From Neoconidiobolus thromboides FSU 785 (lineage: Eukaryota > Fungi > Entomophthoromycota), in the NCBI GenBank assembly GCA_025603075.1, contig MU626409.1, forward strand, positions 1 through 47,941: a DNA stretch of 47,941 bases, given 5' to 3'. The notes under the pieces are model-generated. The model made no database searches. It saw only the letters and a program-made list of their open reading frames with translations, and had not been told where the DNA came from. Shown here piece after piece: positions 1 to 12,417 of this stretch. The first letter of the stretch is position 1. Each line of letters starts with the position of its first letter. The position numbers were made by a program, and so were the translations under genes.

Positions 1-221
1 TGAATAGAAAAATCTTTATGAAGTCTATTACGTACTTTTACGATAATAGTATCACCAGCAGTAGCATTAATAGTAGGACCAGGGAACTGACCATTAATAA
101 GGATACCATCAAGAGCATAATTATCTGGGGCAATTCTGCCTTCTTTAATTTCCCAATCGAAATTTAAAGTTGCAGCTAATATTGAGGAGGTTAAAAGTAA
201 TGAAGAAGTAATATATTTCAT
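1..221 (-). CDS. Secreted multicopper oxidase (laccase/ferroxidase-like), N-terminal part; runs off the window's left edge
   Basis: Manual translation from ATG at 221: MKYITSSLLLTSSILAATLNFDWEIKEGRIAPDNYALDGILINGQFPGPTINATAGDTIIVKVRNRLHKDFSI(H). It has a signal peptide plus the cupredoxin domain-1 motif NGQFPGPTI..GD.I.V.V.N.L...SIH. Missing from the ORF track because it is truncated. Confidence 0.9.
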   Translation of the reverse strand, partial: MKYITSSLLLTSSILAATLNFDWEIKEGRIAPDNYALDGILINGQFPGPTINATAGDTIIVKVRNRLHKDFSI

Positions 222-2698
222 TGTTTTTATTGTTTAAAAGGTTGATACTTATCTTTATTTATACTTTTTTTGATACAACCATACTATTATTTCTTATCAC
301 ATATAGTATACTTAATATTCCTTTATTAATAGGCTTTTGATTATATTATGTTCATACCTATCTCAATAAAAGATTAGAATATCAACCTCTTCAGTGTCCT
401 GACGCTATTATTTAATTTATAATAAAATTCTAAATAATGGAAAATGTTTACCCCATAGCTTATTGAATTTGCCTTTTTCTCTCGATTTATTAATTCCCAG
501 ATTTTTATTTATCTCAAATAAGGTTATGTATACATTGTAACTTTTTATACAAAAATTATTTCAGTTGATAAAATACTTAAGAATAATATTAGAATCAAGA
601 TATTCATAAAATTCAAAGTATTTATGTTTTATTTCCGCTAATATAGTAAACCTGTGAATTTTTTTATCTGAAAGCTTTTAGTACCCATATATCTATTCAA
701 ATTACCAGTTCAGTTAAAATAACCCAGAGTCATTAAATTTATTTAGCTATAGTGTAAAAGATTACCAAGCACTAAAAATATTACAAGTTATTGTATCTAA
801 TCAAATTTTAAATGTTTTGAATTCTGTTTTGAAGTATTATTTTAGTTACTTTGGCCATATTACTATATTTTTTGTTAATTCTAGTATTTATATTAAGCAA
901 AAAAAAATTATTTAAGGAATATTATTTAATCAACGATATTTAATTATCATCTAATGTGGTGGTAATATTGAAATGGTGTGACACAAGAAGCTGATAAATG
1001 AAATTTCGGAATTTCAATATTTGTGTTAAAATAAATGGGTCCGATCCTTCAAAGTGCAGCAAAAGTACATTTTTATATTTTGACGCTATGCTGCTTTATT
1101 TCTGATTCTAGTCTTTTTTGTTATCTCATAGCATGCTTTTTAATGTAAAACTTCAACCAGGTAAGCTTGGTTATATCAAACATTTGATAGTTATTTCTGT
1201 TTTACTTTAGCTTTATTCAGACATATATCAATTTAGATTCATATTAGTCACATTTCCCGACAATATTTTCATGAAAATTGAGATAATGTAAATATATCTA
1301 AATCTATTTATAGCTTTACCATATAGTTAAATTTTTGAGTTATTTTAATACTACTCCCTTCATAATATTATATAAAAACAATCTTACTTACTAAAAGTAG
1401 TAGAAACAATGAATTTCTATTTTTGAATACTTTCCATTGTATTCTATGTTTTATAAAAATAAATAAAAAAGTGCCTAATTATCCGATACAATAATAACAA
1501 TTGGGTTTATAATTCAATTTAAAAAGTGAAGACAACAATTAGACCCTTTATTTCAATTCCTATAGCTATTATTTTTCACTTTTAATCTTAATAAAATTAT
1601 TATAATAGTTTATCAATAAAAAGTACAAAATTCACGTAGTTAAAATTATAAGGATAAACAACGAAAATACATAAAAAATACTATACAGTAAACACGTTAT
1701 ACAGATAAAATCTTTTCTTAATCAAGATAAATTCCATCACTTTTGTAATATTCAAAAATATGAGCTTATTTTTTCTCTACTATAAAAGGTAATATGAAAA
1801 CCACTATTTTTAGAGAATAATATTAAAATCTAGGAACTCATAATGAAAGTTTAATTTTTTTTTTTGAATTATTATTGAAATGAAGCTTATTTTACTTTAA
1901 AGTATTTTGATAAATTAAGGATACTCCTAGTTACTTAAATTTGATTTTTTACAACTGTAAATATACTGAATAAATTAAACAAGTTTAGCTTTAAAATAGT
2001 TATTAGACCTTTGCTGTTAACTAAATCTATCAAATGTATTATATGTATAAAAATCATTATTTCGTATTATAGGTACTATTTTAATAGAAAAAATAGAAAA
2101 TTTTGTTTTTTATAGAATATTCGAAATTACATGGTTACAACAGTAATTTTATTAAACGATATATTTCCGATAGCAAAATACTTGCAACGATATGCTTACA
2201 CGAATTAATTATAAATTTGGGATAAAGTTAAAATATTTTTACTATTTGGGGCTGTCTGAATTAGTTTCATTATTTTATCCAATTTTTGAAAAATTTTGTA
2301 TTTTAAAAACTTCGCTTAAAATTATATAAAATCAAATCTTTTATTAAAACAAAAGTACCCGGACACAGTTCTAAATCATTCCATTATAGTTTATACTGTA
2401 AGTTAGTTGGATTTCTACTAGATCTTAAATACATATTCTTATGAAACTTTATTGAGAAATATTTATTATTGACTGCTTTATAACCAATATTGCAGATTTT
2501 TTATCAAATAAATAAACTATTTTAATGTTATAATTACATTATTGATATATTCATAAGTTAATAAATAGCTGCATGGGAGGGAATAGTTAGCCCCAAAACT
2601 ATAACTAACCATTCCTATATAGTACAAGTAATAATAGTTTTTACATATTATTACATTTACTTGTTCTTTGACTATTTATTAACTTAGCTATTAATAAC

Positions 2699-4662
2699 TT
2701 AAGTAATCTTAACATTTAACAATCTATTTCTATCATTCAACAAACTACTTACTTGTTTAGTAAATATCGAAATTTTTAAATTCTCTGTTATTTTCGTAAG
2801 GTAAGCTGGGATCGATCTTTTACTTTTTCTATTTTCTATAGACTCTATAACTTTAATTGGAATTATGTCGCTTTTTTTTTTGATGTATCGGATATTGGAT
2901 AACAATGTAGTTTATTGTTATGTTTAATAAAGTGTAAATACTTCTTAATGCCCTGCATCTCTATTATTCTTTTTGTATTTTTGTTCCTTTCATATTTTTT
3001 AAAAATTATATATGTTTTCCCATTATTAACAGTTGAGTTATTAATTTTATTATGCTCGCAAATAAAAGCCTCAAACCTTGAAATTGATTGGTTGATATCT
3101 TCTATTTTACCTAATGCTTTAAAACTACTATTTATTTTATGAATTTCTTTCAATATGTAATGTAGGAACTCCTGGGATCTAAAATAGTTAAAATAAACTT
3201 TGGCTATTGTTTTATCATCTTTTAAATATAATACACCAAAGCCTAATACTGATATAGCTTGTTTATTATAAAGATCTAAATTTATTGAATCTGGTCTTGT
3301 TCTTATTTCCGTGTTTTATTTGAAATCTAAAATCATTATACAACTTTTATTATTTAATTTTTTGATAGTTTCATTAAATGTATTTTTTTGAGTATCAACA
3401 CAGAATCTATGTAATTTGTATAATTTTTCTTCATTGAAAATTTCTTTTATCTCCCCTTTGTTTTTTATTGCTGTATTTATTTTATTTTCGAATAACTTTT
3501 TTCTAATTGTATACTGGGCGCATATATTACATAGATCTGTTTTTCTTGCTGCATTTTTGAAATCACTTGGTATATATTTAAAAAATGTTGACTTAGCTAC
3601 TGCTTTATCTCTTAGATCATCAAAATATTTACTATATATCATTATTCTGCTTTTATTTAATATATATATATTATCTGATGAATATTTACTATCATTATTT
3701 TTTTATTAAATCTTGATGAAATAATTGAATCATTTAGCAAATGTTGTATAATAGTTTCAATTTAGTCATCTTTATAATTTTTTTGTATTTTTAATAATAG
3801 GTTGCAACGTTGATATTTTATCAATATTATTACTTATTTTTGAATAATCATATTGATTTCTATTGTGAAATATTGCTTTGCCAGCCCCATGATTAATTAT
3901 AGCATAATAATCCCCTAAGCTGTTATGTTCTCAAGTTCAGAGAAAAACAATCCCACGTTCTTGTTTTGATTTGCTATGAGAATTTCTAGCTCCATCCCAA
4001 AGAATATTATCTTCCCATTTTGATATTTATACTTTTCAGAGTATAAAAGAGTTTACAGAGTATAGTAGTTCCAGGCTTTTTAACTGAACTATTCCCTGAT
4101 ATCTCGAACATTTAATAAAACCACTAAGGTTTCTTAATAGTATTTTACATAGATTTTACATTAGTATTGTCTATTCTATTTGTCTTATATAGCTTGTAAC
4201 CTATTACATGCTATTCCTCATAATCCAAGTCTATCTTAGTCACATAAACTAAGACCTTTCGACTTATAGTGTAGTCAACCCAGCAATAGCTGTTCTTGAC
4301 TTCAAACCCTGAGTACCAGATTTCACACTATTTATATTAAACCCAAAACTCTTACATTCATCAAAAGAATATACTGAAGCTATAGTTGATAATAACGCTA
4401 CTTGTTGATTTTTGTTTCCTGTTTCCCTCAAAGCACTAATTTTATACATTGCTTGATTAAGTTTATCATTATCGATAGCAAACTTTGATAATATATCTTT
4501 TCTTTGTTTTGTTTTATTATAAAATCCCATAAACCTTGGGTTGTTATAAGTAGCTTTTAAAATTGATGTAAACGAATTACAATGTTTATATTGTGTACTC
4601 CTCCCTATTGTATTGAAATTTTCAAAAATTCCATTTCAAAGTTTAGTTCTAAAAGTTTGCAT
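2699..4662 (-). pseudogene. Sola-like DDD transposase pseudogene (ORF-track fragments 4264-4530, 3316-3642, 2863-3153 and 2699-2905 are pieces of it)
   Basis: In-frame ATG at 4662 (MQTFRTKL*...MGFYNK). Contains TDLCNIC and MILDFK*N...ISVLGFG. Interrupted by an LTR, stops, a frameshift near 2870-2880 and two internal deletions relative to copy 2. Confidence 0.8.
3864..4327 (-). mobile_element. Solo LTR (~464 bp) inserted in the Sola transposase
   Basis: Ends TGTGAAAT...ATTTCACA. Flanked by CTAT/CTAT(T), i.e. a 4-bp TSD or a 5-bp TSD with one T lost. Removing it restores GFNI-NRNQY, which is contiguous in copy 2 (GFNRNRNQY at ~25466-25493). Strand is arbitrary and only marks orientation relative to the other copies. 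Confidence 0.85.
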
Positions 4663-5222
4663 TTTATTTTTATTTTTATTTCAACAAAAAATAAAGTCAA
4701 ATAACTGTATTTATATAACTATATGACCATATAGTTATATATTATATATCCATTAAATATCTAATAAAACTAACATAAAACATATAATTAGGAAAATTAG
4801 CTATTTAAGAAAAGGAAACAATTAAAATAAGTTTTAAATAGAGACATTTAATTTTAGGCTTTTTAGATTTAACCGTCGATTTAACCGTCACATTAGACAC
4901 AAATTTAAAAATTAAGAATTTGGATTAACTTCTAAGTAAATTCTGAAACCAATTTCGACATCCTCATATATTGAATATTAGTGGCATTGAAATCTGATTT
5001 GAATTTCATTTCAATTTGAATATAGAAAAAAGCGATAGTAAATGATCAATCCAACTAGCCTTTCATCTGATTAATTTAAAGTTTGGTTTACTTCCTTTCA
5101 CATATAAATAAAATGCAAAACGTCACTAACAACTATACATTTATACTGGAGTAAAATCCTATAGATGCTACTTGAAAAAAACTTTTAATTAGTGCTAATT
5201 ATTTTAATAAAATTTTATTCGT

Positions 5223-5747
5223 TTATAAATTTATGTTTCCTTTTTTGTTGCATTCACGCTTAGATGACTGATTAGCTTGTAAAGGATATCGTGGTTGAAA
5301 GAAAGGTAGTGAGAATGAAATTGAAGGTTTAGAAGGTTTAGAAGGTTTAGAAGGTAAGAAAAATGGCAAGGATGGTACTGATGGTTGAGACGGTTGAGAT
5401 GGTTGAGATGGTTGAGACGATTGAGATGGTTGAGATGGCTGTGAAGGTTGGCTAGGTTGAAAAAATGGCAAGAAAAATGGAGCTGGAGGTTGCGATGGTT
5501 GCGATGGCTGGGATGGCTGGGATGGCTGTGAAGGTTTAAAAAAAGGAAGTGGATATCTTCTAGAAGACTCGTGAACGGAGGGGTTTTTCAACGATTTGTC
5601 AATATTTTTTCCTCTTGAAGGCAAAGGTTCATCATCTAGTTGATCAACTATAACTTTGTTAGATCCCTTTTGAAGAGGATCCTCTTGTGAATACGCTGGC
5701 GGTATATCTTCATGTTTTGTATCTGGATTGGTTCCTTTTTTAGACAT
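5223..5747 (-). CDS. Orphan proline/serine/glutamine repeat protein (174 aa), N-terminal PPAY motif, LPFF-(QPS)n modules
   Basis: Uninterrupted ORF with much higher GC than its flanks. Frame-preserving 9-bp tandem repeats. No signal peptide. Confidence 0.7.
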   Translation of the reverse strand: MSKKGTNPDTKHEDIPPAYSQEDPLQKGSNKVIVDQLDDEPLPSRGKNIDKSLKNPSVHESSRRYPLPFFKPSQPSQPSQPSQPSQPPAPFFLPFFQPSQPSQPSQPSQSSQPSQPSQPSQPSVPSLPFFLPSKPSKPSKPSISFSLPFFQPRYPLQANQSSKRECNKKGNINL

Positions 5748-6337
5748 TATATTTATTTATCTTTTATTTATTTAACATTTACTCCTCAATTTGTTTTATT
5801 TTATAGGACTTTCGCTTTTATCTTTTTTAATTCCGCCGTTTTCCAAACTATTGTAAATTTGCTGATTAGTTTAAAGGCTTGTCAAAATTTGGCCCTAGTT
5901 TAGAATACTTTGATTATTTTTAATCCCTATTAGGATTAACATTATCTCATAATGCATTTTGTATTAAATGATAACATTCATTAACATTAATTTTAAGTAT
6001 TTCAAAGGTCAATTTGATATATTTTATAGTTTATAGATCATGTAAAGCATTTTTTAAACTTGAATATAAATCCATCTTTCGCCTTGATTTTGCATGTTGT
6101 CTATTCAGCATAAACATAGTTATTTCACTCCAATCTACATATTAAAAGCATAGTCTCAAAACCTCGGTTGACCCATTCTTTTCATTGATATCGTTTTTGT
6201 CATAAAACGGCTTATAATTTAAATAGTGGTGTGCTACTTAACCCATTACCATATTATTTAAATATACTATTAAAAATAAAATTGAAAATATGAATATTAA
6301 ATTAAATTAAAACATTAGTTGATGATTTCAATTCAAA

Positions 6338-7405
6338 TTAGTAGTAAGATAATGTGAGAGGTTTGTTTAACACGACAATATATCATAGTAAGCTATATCG
6401 TTCTTATTGGATTTGCTCACAAATAATATCTTTATTATAGGATTAATCACAATTCACAAACCCCATTTTTCAAAAGAGTGCTCTATGCTCATAAATTTCA
6501 GCTGCTAAATGAACGTAGTTAAAACTCCTTGGTGGAAGATAAGCAATAGCGTCACTCATTTTAGTATAATAAATAACTGGATAGTTAACATTAGCAATAA
6601 ATTGTAAAAATTCTTCATTAATAACCCTTGAAATTGCATAGGAAAATATTTCTTTTGAACTCTTTAACTTATTTTCTTGCAAAATTTTATCCCATCTTAT
6701 AGAACTAAGAGTAGATAAAGCAGTGCTCAAAGAAAAACAAGTGGTTTGAAGTTTATAATCCTTATATTTTGATTTTTAAGTAAAGCAAGCACAGCTTTTT
6801 CTGATCTATTTTCTGTGTCTAAGATTGCTTTATAAAACCCCCTATGAACCAAAACATTACTTTCAACATCAGAGTATTTAACTTGCATATAATCAAAGTT
6901 AGATGTATAATTTTTGATGGTTTTGGTTGCATAATAAGATAAGATTATAGTTTTTATAGCTGTTTAGCACCAGTGACAACTATAAGCTCTTTTCCCGATG
7001 CTTCAATAATATAATCATATAAAAGTGTTATGGAAAAAATGCATTTTCCACTTCGAATTAAACGCTTATCACACTGGGACAGCATAGAATATTGATGGTT
7101 TGAATGAAGCTCTTCAATATAAACATAATTGATATTATGAAGTTTAGATAATTTTTTACTTGGTATGTGTTTCTCAAACATCAAATCGTGAATTAAATTC
7201 TGACTTGGTTGTGTATTGGTACTTATTTCTTCCATTAACCTTAAGCCTTGCTGTCTGTTAACAGCTTCTCCGATTAATTTAGTGTATAAGTCATTTTTTT
7301 GGCTTGTAACATTCTATCAGTACCATCAACAATTTTAGAATTTTGAGCTTTATAAAGGCTAGCATCAAAAGGCAAGGTAAATAAAGTGCTGCTGACTAAA
7401 ATCAT
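6338..7405 (-). pseudogene. Class 3 lipase pseudogene (closest to 30855-31934)
   Basis: Collinear with the intact lipase from ATG 7405 (MILVSSTLFTLPFDASLYKAQ) to stop 6338 (..FVNCD*SYNKDIIC..NKPLTLSYY*). Has several nonsense codons and frameshifts, and the nucleophile elbow has decayed to TCFSLST. Confidence 0.9.
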
Positions 7406-8645
7406 TTTAACTGTTTTTTATAACAATTGCTACTGTGAGTATGCAGTCTTATTTATATTATATGTAGTATTAATCAAAGCATCCTTTTATTTTTATATGA
7501 TTTAAAAGCCTTAGAAAATGAATTGTTAAGATATCAAAAATCGAGGATTTAACTTGGGTAAAAGAACTCTTAGCTTGACTTAAGTCTGGCAATATAAGAT
7601 AAGATCTTATATAAGTGTCCCTATGATATTTTGTTCATTTATTCTATGGCGTAAAATTTAAAAGATTCCATAGCAAATAAATCAGTAAATACGCTACCAA
7701 ACGTTTTTTGGAATTGATAAAAAATAACTTTGGTAGCTTTGGTTTTGGTTTACAATTTTTGCAAATAAAACTATGAAATAATTGAGCCTTGGGATTAAAC
7801 TAAACCAAACAAGACATGATAAAAGGCCATAGTAATTAACTACAAAGCCATCTTTTCACTGATATGATTTGTAAATTGATGATATAATATTAGTTGGTTT
7901 TAGTGATTCATATATCAAGATTAGATTCAAAGCAAATAAATGTTACAAAGTACCACAGAATGAAGATCTTGCCACTTAAACAATGAAAGTATATTAAAAT
8001 CTAGAAGATAAATAAAACCTTATTACTACTGTTGCCCAAAATCTTGAAGATGTTAATCTTAAATTTGTCTATAGCTATCTATTACCACAATAAATATCAC
8101 ATATAAGACTTAAAATTTAGTTTATTAATATTTCAAAGTATTTTATGATGTATGAGATTGTTTGTAATTTATAAATAAAAAGTAATAACTATTCGTGGCT
8201 TTGTTTTGATAAAACTATATATCAAGTAAAAATTGTAGATTCCAAGTCTATTGATCCTTGAACTATAATAATATCATTTGAAATGAGATATCAGATTACT
8301 AACTTCTATTTTGTTTACAAAGCTTGATTCAAACCGTTTTTGTCGAGTATTTTTATTTGGTTTATCTTATAAAATAGACTAAACCTATTATTTTATCATA
8401 AAGTTAGTTATAACTTATCGTTTTATTTTATTTTATTTAGAAAAGATTTTTTTTATCAAATGTCTATAAATAATAGCTTTAAAACTAATGTAACTATTTT
8501 TTAATTCAATCAAAATGATTTTGTTAATAAATAGATTGAATCTTACAAAAGCATCAATAATGTATATTTAAAGCAATAAAAGAAAAGTATGATCAAAGTT
8601 ATTATTTCATTAGTCGCTTTTAATCAAAGCTAAAAAAACGAAAAT

Positions 8646-9683
8646 TTAATGTTTGTTAAAAATAAACACATGGTATGCAGCACTATATGGTCTCTTTTGG
8701 CTTTGACCACAATTATAATCTTCATCAAAAGGTTGATCGCAATAAATAAATCCAGCTCTTCCAAGTGATAATGTACACTCATAAATTTCGGATGTTACAT
8801 GGCCATAACTCCTACTTCTTAATAGAAGGTGTGATAGAATACCATTCATATTAGTATAATAAGTAATAGGATACTTGGCATATGCTATATATTGAGCAAA
8901 GCTTTCATTACTAACCCTTAAGCTAGAATAAGCGAATACTTTTAATTTATTTTGAATCGATTTTCCTATAAGAACTTTTCTATTTCAAAGAACTGACAGT
9001 AAATAAAGCAGCATCTAAAAAAATACAAGTTAAAGCTTTTAGCCTTCATGATTTGGATCTTTAACTAAAAAACGGACAGGTTCTTCGGAATCTTTTTGAA
9101 AAATTAAGTAGCCCCATGAAAGGTTTTATGAATCAAGTACCCTTTTCAACTCCTGGATATTGGATGAGGTTAAATCAAAATCGGTTTCCCGCTTTTTTAG
9201 ACTATTAGTTCCACGATGCGCTATAGTAACAGTTTTAATAGCTATATCTAATCTAACCACGGCGTAAGGATTTTTTTTCATTTTTAATGAATGAACCAAA
9301 TACAAATGTTTTGGAACAGATACGATTTCCACTAAGCGCTAATTCCTCCGAGCAGATGAGAAGAGCGGAATACTTATAATTGACAGAAAATTTTCAATGG
9401 TAACTTTAGTGGCATTATGTGGTCTATATAACTTCTTAATCGTAATACGCTCATCGTCGGAAGATAAATCTTCAAATGAATATTTTTATTGGAACCTAGT
9501 AGTAGGTGTTCTCTGATCAAAGAAGTAAAATAAACATTTTTGAACTGTCATCCCATTTTGTACTTTAACGCGGTTTAATTGATACCCTACTTTTGTTTTT
9601 GTAATTTACACTTATTTCAAAGTTACAGAACACCGCCATCAGGAGCGAAACGGCAACTAATTACAACAATTCAATAGTGGCAT
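8646..9683 (-). pseudogene. Diverged class 3 lipase pseudogene
   Basis: Fragments 9126-9332 (TVTIAHRGTNSLKK, lid region) and 8646-8849 (FIYCDQPFDEDYNCGQSQ..HVFIFNK) align with the intact lipases. Intervening DPNHEG..DAALFTVSSL and AYS..SNESFAQYIA..KYP. The 5' end near 9683 is uncertain. Confidence 0.8.
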
Positions 9684-11108
9684 TAAGATGTATTGTGATT
9701 TATAAATTAATTTTTTATATTAATTGTAAAGATTGATATTTAGTCCAAGGCATATAAATTTGATTAAATTACTAATAGATGATACATTGCTTACAATTTA
9801 AAAAGATTATTAGACTATGTAATTGAAGAGTGCTGCTATACATTACAATGTTGGAACAGAATATTTTCTGAGACTCAATCATAGGAAATTAGTCAATTAG
9901 CTCAGGGTTAATTTAACTATGATTTTTTATTGAAAACAATGTGCATATGAAATACATTGATTGGTTCAGTTACTGAATTGAGGTTTAATTTTATATGGAA
10001 TTCCATAAACCATGATCATTTCATAATTGTAAAAAAGTCAAAATAACTTAGTTATTTTTATGATGTATAAGGCATTTGTTTTATATTTAGTATAATATTT
10101 CAGTTGTTTGAAATTATCTTTATATATGGTTTATATTATTGAATAGGCTAAAAATTACCTGAAGGTTTTTATATCCTTATTTACCTTTACTTTCATAATG
10201 TTTTATTTACTCCTTAAATTTTTTAATAAAATCTAATCTGAGTAAAGGAATACCATAAACCTTATTTGTTAATTACGTTTAGCTTCCTCCACACCATGAA
10301 TATTGTTGATAATTACCAAATTACTAAATAAAACTAATAAGACATTTCACCACTAAAAGCCCTTTTTCAATGAAATTATCTACTGATAAGAATAACAAAG
10401 TAATTTGTTTTATCTTGAATATTGTTGAATAAACTATTGAGAAATGAAAAAAATTGAAAAATTTCTTATGAAATTTAAGTATACTTAAGAGAGTTTGATA
10501 TACACATATAAATAGGTATTAGTATATTAAGATTCAAGTAGATAGTTTATCACTTAATAAATCTCGAGCTTTTCAATTGAAATTTAATTGGATCAGTTTG
10601 AATTTTATCCCTGAAATTTTGGATAAAATAGGCTATTTAGTTTCCAAAACACGTTGCCCAAAATCAACAAATGATTTAATAGGTTTTAATTTGAAAATTA
10701 GTTATTTAATTTTTGAAACTTATGCTGCTTAAAAATGGACAAAATATAGAATCGTGGATGAGATTTCTATCATTCTATTATTTATTATTTTACTACTTTA
10801 TTATTTCATTGTTCTATGTTTTGATCTTATTATTAAATTCAATTTAGTAAATTTCGATCTGTAAAATTTAAGTATATTTATTCTCTGATCATACCAAGAA
10901 AACATACTTTATCAGCATTTGATATTATTTCATAGTAAAGGTTCACTTCATCTTCAGTTATTAGCATCTAAAACAACAACTATGATCAAATATGTAGATT
11001 GTTGTAATTAGTTGAGCTGAGCTAATATAGATATAAATATTAATATTTTTATAACTTCAATGCAATTTTTCTATTTAGTTGTATTTAAGCTGATTAGATA
11101 CTATTTAA

Positions 11109-11254
11109 CACTAGAGGGGTTTCAGGTTGTTACTCCCAAAACTTAATCTATGTAGTAAAATATGATATTTTTTTTTTAAGTAAAGTAAATAAAGTTTCGT
11201 GTTTTACTAAATAAATCAAGTTTCGGATGTAACAACCTGAAACCTCTCCTAGTG
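11109..11254. mobile_element. CACTA(CMC)-type MITE, 146 bp
   Basis: CACTAG-AGGGGTTTCAGGTTGTTAC-TCCCAAAACTT (11109-11144) is inverted to 11218-11254 (rc CACTAGGAGAGGTTTCAGGTTGTTACATCCGAAACTT). AA on both flanks (possible 2-bp TSD). Confidence 0.7.
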
Positions 11255-12417
11255 AAAGGTAAAGTATAGAATATCTAAAGTTGTAAAAAAATAGTACATT
11301 CATCCGCAAATTTTAACACCATTTTATTGTATGTTTTCACAGTGGTCTAAGTTTTAAATTAATATTAGAATTTGTTTTTGTCCTTAGTTTATATTTTAAC
11401 TAATGCTATAATCATTTAAACAAATGATACATTCATCTGCACCTATCTTATGTATATCTTACTATTATCTTAATATAGATTATCAAATCTAAATTAATAA
11501 TAAGGCTTATTTTTTATAAACATTATAGTGCCTTAAATTATTTATTCTCCACATCAATTTATTGATAGTCTTCTATTATAATATTTTTGTATGTTATTAG
11601 CTTAACATTTCTAGCAAATCCTTTTTTTGAAAGCTTGATTTTTATTAATATAAGATTTCATGATCATGTTAGCTAATGATTCTAATAGCTTTGTTTTATT
11701 TTATTTTAAATAAGCTTTAACATTAAATGTTTATAATTGAAGATAAGATTAATCACACCTTATAATAATTATGTGAACTTTTTATCAAAATTGATGTGTA
11801 TTTCAAACATCTATAATTAAAGATAGAAATGTTCCTATTCCATAGTGATTTAATAGAGCACATTCAACCGCTCAACTTTTTAATAATATATTTTTATTAT
11901 TATTTTACGATGAATTAGTGATTTGGGACTAGAACAAAAGCCTATTTAAAAAGAAAAGCTATTTTTATTAATACTTAATGAAAATATTCGGTCAATAATA
12001 TCACTTTTGTAGAAATTCTTTTTGCTATATTTAAATTTATACTAATTTTAATATTTCTAGCATTTGTTTAAGATCAGCAAACAATTAAGCTTCTATTGTT
12101 ACTTTTTAAGATTTCAGCATTAGCATAAACTCCTTATAAAAATATCTTTGGTAAACTAACAAATAAGCAATATTAAATAAAATTAAACCTACTCAACCTC
12201 TACTTTTTAATAATAATAAACTATTCAATTTGAGTTATTATCTTTTTGCTCATAAACAGCCTTAATTTAAACAAATTATAAAAATTTCATATACGTAAGT
12301 TATAACTATTGAATAAATAAGTTAAAACTTTAACTTAAAATAATAATAAAACACAAAACCCCCACATATTTATGAACTTCTTTAATTTTATTCAACTTTG
12401 ATCCAGTGGCTCAATAG

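Larger units (their letters stand above)
2248..4965 (-). mobile_element. Sola-type (Sola2-like) DNA transposon, copy 1; defective but both TIRs retained
   Basis: Left TIR GGGGCTGTCTGAATTAGTTTCA (2248-2269) vs reverse complement of right end GAGGATGTCGAAATTGGTTTCA (4944-4965), 17/22 identical. Flanks ATTT (2244-47) / ATAT (4966-69). Contains a transposase pseudogene and is homologous, inverted, to 25391-27687. Confidence 0.8.

Noticed and set aside
2915-3709. Plus-strand ORFs 2915-3142 and 3416-3709
   Set aside because: Antisense shadows of the Sola transposase; F/L/I-rich composition typical of AT-rich reverse frames.
5920-5939. TAATCC/GGATTA palindrome as a binding site for the local homeodomain
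   Set aside because: TAATCC is a K50 homeodomain site whereas this protein has Q50, and short palindromes are frequent in AT-rich DNA.
7880-7920. L*IDDIILVG as a copia reverse-transcriptase YxDD motif
   Set aside because: Flanking sequence lacks the expected LYGLKQ upstream and KDLG downstream motifs. Kept only as an unidentified remnant.
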